Of a stretch of 64,000 nucleotides of DNA, positions 1 to 11,838 are shown one piece after another. The stretch comes from Chrysomallon squamiferum (lineage: Eukaryota > Animalia > Mollusca), in the NCBI GenBank assembly GCA_012295275.1, contig CM022678.1, positions 15,004,001-15,068,000 of the forward strand, read 5' to 3'. The position numbers and the translations under genes are program-made. The notes below the pieces were generated by a model. That model saw only the letters and a program-made list of their open reading frames with translations, was not told the origin of the DNA and ran no database searches. How positions within the stretch are numbered: the first letter of the stretch is position 1; every line of letters begins with the position of its first letter.

Positions 1-382
1 CATCACAATATTATGACAAATCCTTAGGTATCACATTAAATCAGTTAATAAATAATAGCGTTATATGTATAGAGAGTGAAAATATTTAAAATAATTAAAT
101 ATTTGGTTAAACTTTATACTGCATGAAATACTTCAGCAGTTATTCTCTAAAACTGATTTATACATTTTTAAAATTCTGTATAAGTATTTGTCTTTTTAAA
201 ATGTTTGTCTGCAGAAACTTGTCTGATGAAAATATAAATTTATTTTTATTTTAACTGTAAGCGAGCCAATTTGTACTGAAAAAAGATCCAAAGAATATTG
301 CAATATATATGATGCAAAAATAAGTGAAATACAGATATAAAAACATAGTAAATCATCACATTATAAAATCTCAGTATCTTAC

Positions 383-3300
383 CTGTTTTCTTTTTCCTAG
401 AACAACTACTTTGTCTATTCTCTTCACTGACCCATTACCAAAAAAATCAGCTGCACTGACAGATTTTTTCTTTTCTGGACTTTTCTCTTTTGGTTTTGTT
501 TTAGTTGGAGGACTTTTCACAAATGATTCCAGTGAAGAAGTCTGCCGTACTTTGGTTTCTTCTTCATCTAAAAAAACAAGAAGAAAACCCCACAATTTAT
601 ATCTATATCTAATTATATATACTACTAACAATAAGAGAGAACTCAAATATATATTTTTTATTTGCTAATTAAGACATGAAAGTCTTATTACAGAGCACTG
701 ACAATACCAGATATTGTCTTTATAACAACTGTCTAGATCAGTGTATGTAATGTTTGTGCAGATCACAAACAGAGAGAAACAGAAATAAATAATATTAAAA
801 ATATTTATGTCAAATGCAGAGGCAGATTCATGAAAACAATTCAAGATGAAACTAGGTGTAAATCTGACTACACAGAATAATTTTAAAAAACAAGTTCTAA
901 ACAGAATAATTTCCAGAAAAGGCAGCATCTATATCAAACATACCAATGACAGCATTTCTGAAAACTATTCTTTATATATATTCCTTCAAATTTTAAATTA
1001 AGTTATTAGACAATGATTACAAACCTGAATCAGACACAAGTACTGTTATCTCCTTCTGTTTCTTTCTTGATTTTGTATGCACAACTTCATCTTCAGAATC
1101 TTTAGTAAGAAAAAAAAACTGTTTAGAATTTATCACAAGTTATTATCAATACTAATTTTACATTTCAGAGAGGATGAAAAACTATGCAGTAATTTAATTG
1201 TAATTTATATGTGAGATATCAGGAACAGACATATTTTAAATTATAACATAATTAACTAGGAAAGTTTAGTAATTTAAAAATCACATTTTTCTTGGCATTT
1301 GTAAATATTTTACATTATGACTTTTGTTAAAAGAAAAATTCCCAGCATTATAAGGTGGCTGCAAAGGATTGACTATATTTGCATAATAACTCAATACTTC
1401 ATAGAAGGAGTTCTGTTAATTAGGTGTAGGTACTGGCAGGCAAATTTTTTCTGACTTTAATTTCAGATAATATGCATAAATCACATAATGAAAGCTGTAG
1501 CAAAAAGAATGAAAACACACAAAAAATTATTACTCTATCTCCAGCGGTCAAGAAGATATATGCAAATCAGTACGACAGGTATTTGGTTGTTTTTCAGCCC
1601 TATTTTGGCTAATTAGCAGAAAGGGCTACTTTGGCTAACTGTAGTTTGAAAATTAATTGACACAAAAGGCTGAAAATCAACAAGAGTGATGGGACCAACT
1701 ATCTAAATGAGCTCAATTTTTTCAGCCTGTATGTTTGTATGTGTGTCCACATTAACATGCTAAGCATGCCAAAATCTTCAAAATGACACATGGCAGAATG
1801 AATAAAAGTTCAAATAGACACTGTGGTTTCAGTTTTTTCTAATTTGACAAATTCAACCCGTGTTGTGAACAATTTATCAAGATCTTTCAAATGACATACT
1901 TAAAGCTAACATTAATAATAAAAATAAAAAAAATTCTTTTTTTCTGCCCATAAAAAAAATTACCTTTTCAATTTATATAGAACAGCACAACTTTATTTAC
2001 ATAAGCAGCTTCAATTTTCACTCTGTTAACTAATTGATAGTAATAAGTTAAGATACTGTGTATATATCATATATATATAAATGTTACTTAAAAGGTCTAC
2101 AAGCATTTGATGTTTAACCATAATCCTTTGCAATACATAAACTCAGCTAATCCTTAGAGTCAACTTCAGAAAGATGTTACAGGTATTAAACAGGGACACT
2201 AAAATGTATGTAATCATGAGACTAGAGGCAATTAAAGACACAGGTGTTGTAAGTCTGCCATTTGAAGAAAACATAAAAGAATTTTCTTAGCTTTGTACTT
2301 GCTGTGATTTGACAGCAAACAAAAGTAATAGTAAAAGTGATAGCAATCGGCAAAACAATGTTAATTTGTTTATTTAATTTGTGATTTTGCTATGCACTTG
2401 CTATAATGTATATGCTAAAAATAGGAACATTGAAGAAAAACAAACAGCCCAACAAGTTATTAAAAATATAAAAAACATATAAATATAATCATTTTAAACA
2501 GTGCCAGACCTTTCTAGCTGTACATAAAATCTACGGTGATTTCGTACTGTAAAAAACAACATAATGGTGATTTCACTAAGCACATGCTACTTTCAAACGT
2601 GGAGCTTCTTTTCGCCAAAGACGACACACCGTAGTGTCGTGCATTGTTTGAAAGGTAATTGAATGATCTTTCATTTGATCCTGTGAACATAGGTTTTATT
2701 TTCCGCCAGTTTTTCAAAATTGGTTTGAAGGCATGAAAAAGTACATTTTTGGACACAAATTTTGATATAAGCGATTGCCAGCGACGACATGCACATGGTT
2801 AGAAAGATTGAACTTTGACCCTTCTATCTGTGCTAAAAATAATATTGAAGCCATTTTGATGAAAACAAGCCAGGTGTTTGTAGAGCGACCCAATTTTAGG
2901 ACTTCTTACTCCACACTTTTAATTGCTGACCACGGGTGCCGAACTACGTTTACCCCCACCGCATTTAACACTCTCGTACAAAGAACTGATTAAACATACA
3001 ACAAGAATAAAAACACCATTTAAAAGAGCACATAAAGATCTTTAGTTACATGCATTTGTTTTTTATGGTAGGATTTATAGAAGGGATTTGGGACTGGAGG
3101 AAAATGGCCAAAATCTGAACTTTTAACAGCTTTGACCAATTATATCGGCTAGGCTGCCGGTACCTATTAGGTGTTTCTTTTTGTCTTTATATGTACCCTA
3201 GCAATGCCTCTAGAAAAGAACTTAGCTCAGCTGCCAGCAAATGTGCAAAATTGTTGGAATTCCTTGGGTACAAATGTCTAAAACAAAGTTTAATTTTTTG

Positions 3301-4752
3301 ATTAGTTATTGGTCATAATATAGACATAACCTGCAGAACCTGTTAACTATATATTTTTTCTGCAATTACCTGAATCAAAAATTCTATGTTTACGCTTTTT
3401 CTTCTTCTCCGATTTTGACAGAGATGAATGTTTTTCACTTTCTTCATCACTGATGTTCTACAAATATATTTATTATTCAGTAAATAAAGATATAACATTA
3501 TGACTGAGAAAGGTATTATTATTAAAACAAGCATTCATGTGACGGAAAATAAAATAAAGTAATAAATACTGTTATGACATCATTAGCCACACTAATTTCT
3601 TTTAAGTAGATTAACATATCAGTAAACAATGAAAGACAATGGGAATTATTTAAAACCAATTATTTTTGTAGCAGTATTTTTATTTACCCATCTTATAAGA
3701 TGCAAATTACAGATACAAATTAATAAAGTCCTAAATTCATTTTATATACTCAATGTACATTTTTTACTTTTCTATCAGATTTTTTCTTCTGCTTGTCTTT
3801 GCCATCATCACCCTTCCCAGATCTGTTTCGATTTCTAGATTTTACTTCACTTGTTTTACATGAATTCTTTTTTGAGCTGATTCCATTTGTTTTCTCTTTC
3901 TCCTTTCTTGTACCACCAGCAGGACCAAAGAAGCTTCTAATATCCTGAAAAAAAATAAAAATAAAAATAAAAATTGAATAAAAATAAAATAAATAAAAAT
4001 AAAACAAAATAAGTAATGAATTAAATTTATTTAAATCTTCCAAATTAAAAAGCCTTAAAAATGCATTTATACTGTCTGTCAAGTTATTTTGAGACAGAAA
4101 TTTTATAACTATAAATAAAAACAAATACACTGATTTTATCCACAAGTAGTGTGTGCAAACAGCTCTAAATTTTAACTCGACAATAATTTATTTTAAATAT
4201 TCATAACTGAACTGACTGATTAATCGAACTTGATAAACATGCTGAATGAAATCTGGCGGGTAATGGCAATAACTAAATCACAATGTGAAAGAAAAAAAAA
4301 TGGTATCAGAGCGAAATTGAACTTAACAGAATTTTAATATGACCTTTTTCAGCAAAATAAACTAATCCAAGCATAATATTCAGTAAAACCATCAGCTGAT
4401 AACGCCTATAGACGTAACCGATTACTCAGAAACAATTAAATTTAAATACTTCAAAATAAATGAAGAGCATGACAAACGGGAAAATCTACCTTTCAAGACT
4501 GTGATATTAAAACATAACCGACGTATTACAATTTGTTTTCATAAACTGTTCGTGCCTTGTAAAAAAAATTACGTCAGCCTCCAATCAGTTCATTAAATAC
4601 AAAAATATTAATCATTGTACGTTTTTATATATATTTCCAAACGAAAATAAGCAACCTACGAAGACAAATGTGGGATATGGAAATACGCAATTTGTACTTA
4701 TTTTCTGAAACGACATTTAATAGAAAACAGTCATATGCATATTACTCACCAT
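383..4752 (-). CDS. RFC1: Replication factor C subunit 1, 5' part. Coding exons 4750-4752 (ATG only), 3768-3944, 3370-3457, 1025-1099, 383-567; continues beyond the left edge
   Basis: All junctions are GT-AG with compatible phases (0,0,1,1,0). The spliced protein reads M|DIRSFFGPAGG...SDRK|NISDEE...KKKRKHRIFDS|DSEDE...SDS|DEEETK...KSVSAADFFGNGSVKRIDK. This matches metazoan RFC1 N-terminal motifs (MDIRxFF PCNA-binding-type start, KKKRxIxDSDSE, SxxDxFGxGSVxR). Confidence 0.9.
1346..3345. mobile_element. Degenerate ~2-kb DNA-transposon-like insertion in RFC1 intron 3
   Basis: Left end (aaggtggctgcaaaggattgactatatttgcataataactcaa) and right end (ttgattagttattggtcataatatagacataacctgcagaacct) are imperfect inverted repeats, with patchy inverted similarity further in. 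The interior is less AT-skewed than the flanking introns. No transposase recognised. Confidence 0.3.
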
Positions 4753-4789
4753 CAGTTATAACACTACAGCTAATGAACAAACAAGTTAT

Positions 4790-4900
4790 TAAAAAGTAAG
4801 TATTAAAAACATAAACATTAGGCCATCATTCCCGCCGATCTGTTTGTTACTGACACGGTGTATTTTCCTCCTTCAAAAAGGAACGCTCCGTCTGAATTGT
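4790..4900 (-). promoter_or_regulatory. Probable RFC1 promoter / 5' UTR region
   Basis: Locally CpG-containing stretch just upstream of the ATG exon, with TTCCCGCC (E2F-like) at ~4829-4836, which fits a replication gene. Confidence 0.45.
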
Positions 4901-5626
4901 ATATAGTTATTGCAAAAGGTTAAGCACGATAATTATTCATTTAAAAATTATAATTTAGAAATACTTACATCCTGTTTTACGAAGACATAGTTTATTATGC
5001 ATCATTTCATAATGTAAATGAATTTAAAAGAATTATGATTGTTAAAATTAATATTCTTAGCATGAGTAAAATAAGATATTTTGTGTAGTCTCAAAAGGGA
5101 AATAAATTCAATAATTTATCGACGTTCTTATATTGATAAATACTTTTATTTCAAGACAAAGACATTTTTATGTATTAGAGACAGTTCTGTAACGAATAAC
5201 AGAGAAAAACTTGTTAAGAACTTATCATTATCAAAATCATCGAAGTCGTCATTGTTATCAAGATTATCATCATCGTCATCGTTATCGTGATAATCGTTAA
5301 AATAATGATGTTGTCATTATCATTACTGTGATCACTGTCAGAAGTAAATCACTTTAAAGTGATAATTAGCTGTAGTGTTACAAAGAGGAACTTTAAAAGA
5401 GGAAACTTTTTTTTATTTTATTTATTAATTGAAGGCAACACAAGCTAAGGAAAGCAAAGTACGTTACTGAATTATTAGAAAATGCCACCAGCCTAGGTAC
5501 TTCCTTATAGATACGATTTCAAATTATAAGTAAACAAATAAACTTAAGAATGTTTAATATTTTATTTGATAGTTTAAGTCGTATTACAGAGTTTGTGAAA
5601 ACCTGTGTGTCTAAATTCTGTCTGTA

Positions 5627-7123
5627 TTACTTAGTAAAGCAGGATATCAAACGTTCAAACAGATTTGACGGTTTTGTTATGACTGGGGGATGAAAAGAAA
5701 ATCTTTTGACATCGCCGTTAAATTGAGACACAAACATGTCGCCGCGAGAGTCTATGGCTACGTGTCTGGGTTCGTCAAGACCATGCTCACATCTTAGAAC
5801 ATCTCTAACAAAAACCCCACGTTTTGTTAGCTGCACTATGCGATTTTGATCTGTGTCCGTGATATAAATACTGTCATAGGAATCGCAAGTCACTGAATGG
5901 GGTTGCATAATCTGTCTCGTACTGTCTGAGACATATTTAAATTTCATAGATCCATACTGATCCATACAGACAAATCCATTGCTTTCCCAGTCAACCAGTA
6001 AGATATCTCCACGTGAGTTGCTGTTCAGAAAGAAAGGGTCGTTGCACAACAACAAGAACGTCCTCTTGACGACGACAGTTCTCAGAACAGTGACAGTGAC
6101 ACGTTCCTTCCAGCTCAGACTGAGAATGTCTATAGTGGGAGGATCTTCCCATACCGAGGATGCCGCCATCTTGTTTTTGTCAATACTTGCTAAACAGAAG
6201 TATTCTTTCGGCATTCGTATTTTATGCACTATGGATAACCTAGGCGACACGCGGACAATGTCCATGTGATGAGGGAAGGGAATGTTAACAGCTACGAGGT
6301 TTTCGTTGATGCATCTCATCCTCGTTATCGAACTGGGCCAGTTACACAGACGAAGCCAGTCATGGTCACAATGTTCAGTGTCGACAGAAAAACACTTGAC
6401 GCACTGGTTTAGCTGATCCGCCACAACGACGAATGGTCTTTTCTTTATCTCTATCACCACCATCCCCGTCACAAATCCTTGCATGCAGTCTCGCGACACT
6501 CGAGTCTTTAAGTGCTTTGTCATTTTCACGGAGTCGTCAGTGATTTTTGAAATGTCTTTTGCTTCAGATTCACTGATTCCTAATTTCAGCAGGGTGTGCG
6601 ACAGGCGACCTGTAGAAAATCGACCGATCGTGTTAGTTGTGTTTTCAAAGCAGTACTCCGAGTTCCTAGAACTAGACTGAGAACTCTCGTCTGACAGCTC
6701 CCGCTCTTCCTCCTCTACACTCACATTTTCAGTCGAATATGAGAACGCATTGTTAGTAAAACACCTCATAGCATCGTACGTCGTCCACGCGGAACAGTAT
6801 TTGTATTCAGCTGTGGGAAGGGTTTCCATCGATTCTGTTTCATTCGTCCACGGATGCGAGCCTGACTCGAAATCTTCAGTGTCGTTTGTTGACGTTTCCC
6901 ACAAGTAACTGAACTCTGACAGTTTGACTTCAGTCTGCGTTGACTGGTGATTAGCAAAGTCCAGTGCTTCAATGTCAAGTCTTTCAAAGTTGTTAGTTGT
7001 CTGGTGTCTGGATTCGTCTTTAGGACACATGATGATATCTCCACATTTACAGACAGCTCCGCCATGTTCTGTAGAGTGTGATTGTGCTTCTCCGATAAGC
7101 GTTCTAGTCCTGTTACACTCCAT
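5627..7123 (-). CDS. Intronless 498-aa protein with an acidic/Ser-rich N-terminal half and a C-terminal NHL-repeat (six-bladed beta-propeller-like) domain, similar to the C-terminus of TRIM-NHL-like proteins
   Basis: Long GC-elevated ORF containing NHL-type repeats, e.g. PHSVTCDSYDSIYITDTDQNRIVQL, GLDEPRHVAIDSRGDMFVSQFNGDVKRF, NSRGDILLVDW and FVVVADQLNQCVKCF. Confidence 0.85.
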   Translation of the reverse strand: MECNRTRTLIGEAQSHSTEHGGAVCKCGDIIMCPKDESRHQTTNNFERLDIEALDFANHQSTQTEVKLSEFSYLWETSTNDTEDFESGSHPWTNETESMETLPTAEYKYCSAWTTYDAMRCFTNNAFSYSTENVSVEEEERELSDESSQSSSRNSEYCFENTTNTIGRFSTGRLSHTLLKLGISESEAKDISKITDDSVKMTKHLKTRVSRDCMQGFVTGMVVIEIKKRPFVVVADQLNQCVKCFSVDTEHCDHDWLRLCNWPSSITRMRCINENLVAVNIPFPHHMDIVRVSPRLSIVHKIRMPKEYFCLASIDKNKMAASSVWEDPPTIDILSLSWKERVTVTVLRTVVVKRTFLLLCNDPFFLNSNSRGDILLVDWESNGFVCMDQYGSMKFKYVSDSTRQIMQPHSVTCDSYDSIYITDTDQNRIVQLTKRGVFVRDVLRCEHGLDEPRHVAIDSRGDMFVSQFNGDVKRFSFHPPVITKPSNLFERLISCFTK

Positions 7124-7463
7124 CTCTTACCTTAATTAAATGTAATAAATTAATAAGATCGCAAGGATACATCGATACATTAATAGGCTATTATAAAGCA
7201 CTGTCATTTTGTTTCACCTGTAGACAAAAATCTTGAAAGACTGAGTAAAGTTCATGTCAGTTTATTACAAATATTAATTATTTCTTTGATCATAAATATT
7301 ACTAACTATAAAGCTGTTTTATACATTTTTCTGTACGATGAACTGTTTATCCTGGTTTTGTTATTAAATAGTAGATAAATAAAAAAATTAAAAAATAATT
7401 GAAATAATAAATGAATACATAAGTAAATAAATAAATATACAAATGAATGAATGAATGAATGAA

Positions 7464-7494
<31 letters not shown>

Positions 7495-7926
7495 ATTAGA
7501 TATAATATTTAGAACTTATTATACTAATTGTATGCTATTGCTGGCCCAACAGGAAATTATTATTTTTCTAAATACAACAATAGTCTAAAAATATCTTATT
7601 AGTTTATATAATATACATAACTAAGTACCTATGTAAACACACACATTCACATTTACGCACACACACACACAGAGATAAACATATTCACAGATATCCGTTG
7701 CCAAACTACGATTTCAGGCCTTTGTGGTTGAAAAAGTATGTTAATGAAAAACTACTAATACAGAGATCTAACATTTCTTTTAAAGAGTGGTTACTTTACC
7801 CTTAACTCCATCGTTAGTACATTTAGTAATACAACACAAAAGAGAGTTCTCTGACCTCAGATCGTTGAAAATGTAATAGACATTTCAAAATATAATTATT
7901 TCAAACTAGAGTAAATCCAGTCTTAC

Positions 7927-7936
7927 CTTTCATTGC
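7927..7936 (-). other. Candidate 10-nt micro-exon upstream of the NHL gene (likely 5' UTR)
   Basis: tatttacag|GCAATGAAAG|gtaaga with strong acceptor and donor. A further candidate exon starts at 7217 (tttttgtctacag|GTGAAAC). Confidence 0.35.
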
Positions 7937-9827
7937 CTGTAAATAACATACATTTCATGCAGACATGTTTACAACCAATCTTCGTTCCCCTTAACATTGA
8001 AGCATACACAAAACAACGGAATTAGTAACAGAAGGAAATCCCTGCTAATCCTGAATTATTATGTTAGAAACCGTTTCGCTTGATTTAACGTGAGAATGTT
8101 GATATATAATTACAGAGCGAATCCAGTGTTTCTGAAAGGGAGGTAATTATCATATGGGAATGAAATAATGATGAAATAAGTTTTTATAAAATAACAGCAA
8201 TCAGAAGTCTGCAATGAATTAAATATATTCAATGGCAATACGTTATTATGTGTCCGTGTGTTTCTGTCTGTGTGTGTGTGTATGAATGTGTGTATATGTA
8301 TACTTAAGTCGTAATAATGAATAGATAAAATTAATAATTGCTGTAGTAGTAGGAATAGTAGTGATGATGATGATGACAATAATAAAAAAACGGTAGTAAT
8401 TGTAGTGAGGTATAATTCGAGTAGTAGTAGTAATAGTGCTGATGGTGGTATTTGTTTTGTTGTTGTTAATATCGCGACCTCATTTCACATGTAAAAAATA
8501 TCTTGGTTAATTGTTATTACAGCATGAATTGCTAATTTATCAAACACATTTGTTTGTTTACTAAAGTAAAATAGTATTTGTCAGTTTTTAGCTCTGAAGG
8601 CGAATTTATTTTAATTTGTTTGAAGAAGTAGCTATATGTAAGATTTTTATATTTTTTAACTTCAATAAAATATAATGCTTACAAAGAAATTAATTATTTT
8701 TCCCACATCACAAACATGAGCAAATCCAAAAAAAAAACACTGCGGTACCCCCTTCAAAAGCTGTCCAGGGCTCAAGCCTTCTTTCCAGTACCTTAGACAC
8801 GCCACTGTTTATATATTATTTTGTCGTAATAACGTTTTTCCGAAGTATTTCATGTAATTTCATGCATCCCTACCCCGAAAAGGCTTGTCTTAGAAATAAT
8901 TCTTGTTAATCAAGGCAAAATAAAACCAACAAACAAATGTGTAATACAGGATAGTTTATCTTTATTTTTAAGATAAACAAAAAATAAAATAAATAAAAGA
9001 TAATAATAATTCAATAGTAATGTTTATACATTTATAAAAATTATTTCTCATAATTAATTATTTATTTATCCATTTTCCTAAAATTTCATAAACAAATGCT
9101 GATGAATTCCTCTGTTATACAATTCGAAATCATTATAAGAGTTTGAAATGTTTTAATTTTATTATTATTATTATTATTATTATTATAATTATTATAATTA
9201 TTATTATTATTATATTTTAAGAAAAGCAGGACTAGGAACACAATAATCCATGAGTTGCTAAAAATTTGCTTTGTGAACTGAAATACATGTAGCACGTTTT
9301 AAGGAATAGAATAATAATAGTAATATACATTTATATCTATATCTATATCTATATCTAATGTAATGTATAAACTCACATCAATAACAACAATATTATTATT
9401 TGTTAATATTTTGGGATGAAACAGTGAAAACAACCTTCCACGACCGTCAGCAAGTACTGAAATGCCCGGGACGCTACAAATTCTGGGTGTGGTTCCGTAG
9501 GGATACTGCATAGTCAAGCAAACAACAATTCTATGTTCTAAGAATGAATAAAAGTTACTATGATTTCTATGTTTCTGTTCCGCCTGACTTAATAAAAAAA
9601 ACAAAAAGTTAATAATAATAATAAAATAATAATACAAATTAAAAACTACAAATTATATTAACTATAGTTAATATTTAAAACGAAAAATTATCTCTGTAAA
9701 GGAATAAAAGAACAATACTTTGTAATTTAATTTTTTTTTTATTAATTAATGTATAAACATTGCAAAAATATTAGGCTGGCATGCTTTACATATTTATGAT
9801 GTTTAAGATGACTTCATGTTTTAACAG

Positions 9828-10102
9828 TTTTTATCAAATTTGTGTTCATCTTTGGTCTGTTCGTGGTTTTCGCTTCATGTCAGCCGCCCAGATGTACTTC
9901 TTCCGTGACCCGCTACTCACGGGAATATGTACCCCAAGGACGTCGGCGCCACTCTGGGTGTGACCCATCCGGATATTCAAAGAAATCCTCCTCTACAAAA
10001 AAAACAACAACAATATTTTACTTACTTGTAATTATTTCATTCATAGTTGCTGGAATGGCTACGTCTAATATAAATGAAGAAAATATGTGCATTTTATTTT
10101 AA
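9828..10102 (+). CDS. Possible exon of a small secreted or membrane-anchored peptide precursor (start codon not found)
   Basis: Acceptor ttttaacag at ~9827, then an open frame FIKFVFIFGLFVVFASC|QPPRCTSSVTRYSREYVPQGRRRHSGCDPSGYSKK...IFYLLVIISFIVAGMA. It has a signal-peptide-like segment, a G-RRR site and a hydrophobic C-terminus, and is locally GC-rich. Confidence 0.3.
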
Positions 10103-10133
10103 AAAGAATATGTTACCAACATAAATAACAAAA

Positions 10134-10441
10134 ATCATTAATTCTCAGAATGTAGTGAACACCGTTATTGATGATCTATTCTAGTAATATAACCATCATT
10201 AATTCTCAGAATGTAGTGAACACCGTTATTGATGATCTATTCTAGTAATATAACCATCATTAATTCTCAGAATGTAGTGAACACCCGTTATTGATGATCT
10301 ATTCTAGTAATATAACCATCATTAATTCTCAGAATGTAGTGAACACCCGTTATTGATGATCTATTCTAGTAATATAACCATCATTAATTCTCAGAATGTA
10401 GTGAACACCCGTTATTGATGATCTATTCTAGTAATACAACC
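10134..10441. repeat. Minisatellite, 5 copies of a 61-62 bp unit
   Basis: Unit atcattaattctcagaatgtagtgaacacc(c)gttattgatgatctattctagtaatataacc starts at 10134, 10195, 10256, 10318 and 10380. Copies 3-5 carry one extra C. Confidence 0.97.
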
Positions 10442-10749
10442 GGTTAGGCAAGAAGATTAGATTAACCCTTTTAGACTTAGACGTTGAAAATCCAAGTATA
10501 CATTTTCGTTATTTTAATCAGTTTATTTTGTTTAATAAAACTCACAAACACAAGTGTCTTAACCTTTTTAGGAACACAATCTACAATGCTAAACATTTTA
10601 AATGTATTTTGAGTGTTTAAAGTAGAAGTATTGCGTGCTAGTACTGGGGATTCTCGTCTCCCTTGCGGGATTTTGACGTCATCTTTAAAGGGATCTGTTG
10701 GCCGCTTGTTAACTGGGCCACCCTGTAGCACAGAAATTAGTACAAATAG

Positions 10750-10932
10750 GAGGCGCTAAGCTCATCTTGGATTATCTTAAAATCAGTAAAATGAACTTTC
10801 ATACGATAGCGCCACTGTGTGGGTCACACTATACGCGAGCCCAGTAAAAGTGTCCCTGATTCTGTTGTTCACCTATTGTCCTTGGGACACTTCAATTGCC
10901 AGACGGTTAGTGAGCTCCCATTAGAAACATTT
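10750..10932 (+). repeat. Dispersed repeat, second copy at ~18858-19032
   Basis: Shared blocks ggcgctaagctcatcttggattat, ccctgattctg(t/a)tgttcacctattgtccttgggacacttca and cattagaaaca. Confidence 0.85.
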
Positions 10933-11698
10933 GTTGTATGTAGATCATTTTTACTTCACCTTCTTTTACGCGTGTATTACAGTCCCTTTTCTCAACCGTA
11001 TTACACTTTGAGCAGAACAATGGACAAGCTGTAGAGAGAGACCCAATAAAAGTGTCCCAAAACTGGATAAACCATTAGAAATATATATATCTATGTACAG
11101 GACTGAGTGCATCAAGCACCTCACACAAAAACTATACAAGTTCGATCTTGATTATTTAATTTCTCTGTCTGGTTGTACAGCATGATACACAATAGCATTA
11201 TAACATTATAAAATAGTATAGTAATTACAATGTTTATGCCTAATTATTTACGTATTTAGATGCTTGGTACCAGAAAACCGGTAAATCCAGAAAACCTGAA
11301 TGCCTTAGGCCCCATGGAGACCGGATAATTGGTCCGGTACCTGTATAGTAATTTCAGAATGTTGAAGAATGGTCAACATTAACTGATAATAAACTTACTT
11401 CATGAGATATCTTTAGCAAATATGCTGGATCTACTCTATAAAGTATTTTCTTTATAAAGTCATTAACAACGGTAGACTTAACTATGCTGTGCCAAATAAG
11501 TTTAGCAGTTACGTACACAATATGAAACACAGACAACCTGATTGGGTGTTCAGTTTATTTGTACACATTATTTCATTAATACAGCATTTCTGAATGGAGC
11601 CACAGTAATACATTGACACGGTGTCAACGTGGTTACTTTAATGTCAGCTGATGAAACGGAGGGGTACATCTACCCAAATGGTGAGAGAGGCTCAGTAA

Positions 11699-11699
11699 T

Positions 11700-11740
<41 letters not shown>

Positions 11741-11838
11741 TGTGTGTCTGTGTGTGTGTGTGTGTGTGTGTGTCTGTGTGTCTGTGTGTGTGTCTGTGTG
11801 TGTGTGTGTGTGTGTCTGTGTGTGTGTGTGTGTGTGTG
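11699..11838. repeat. (TG)n microsatellite with TC interruptions
   Basis: Direct reading. Confidence 0.98.

Noticed and set aside
324-668. 114-aa plus-strand ORF
   Set aside because: Antisense shadow of RFC1 exon 5.
5627-5645. C-terminal CFTK as a CaaX prenylation motif
   Set aside because: A terminal Lys is non-canonical, and nothing else supports it.
5979-7065. Short ORFs 5979-6269, 6483-6680 and 6766-7065
   Set aside because: Antisense or alternative-frame shadows of the 498-aa ORF.
10134-10441. CRISPR-like array
   Set aside because: Units are contiguous and near-identical with no unique spacers, the context is eukaryotic, and there are no cas genes.
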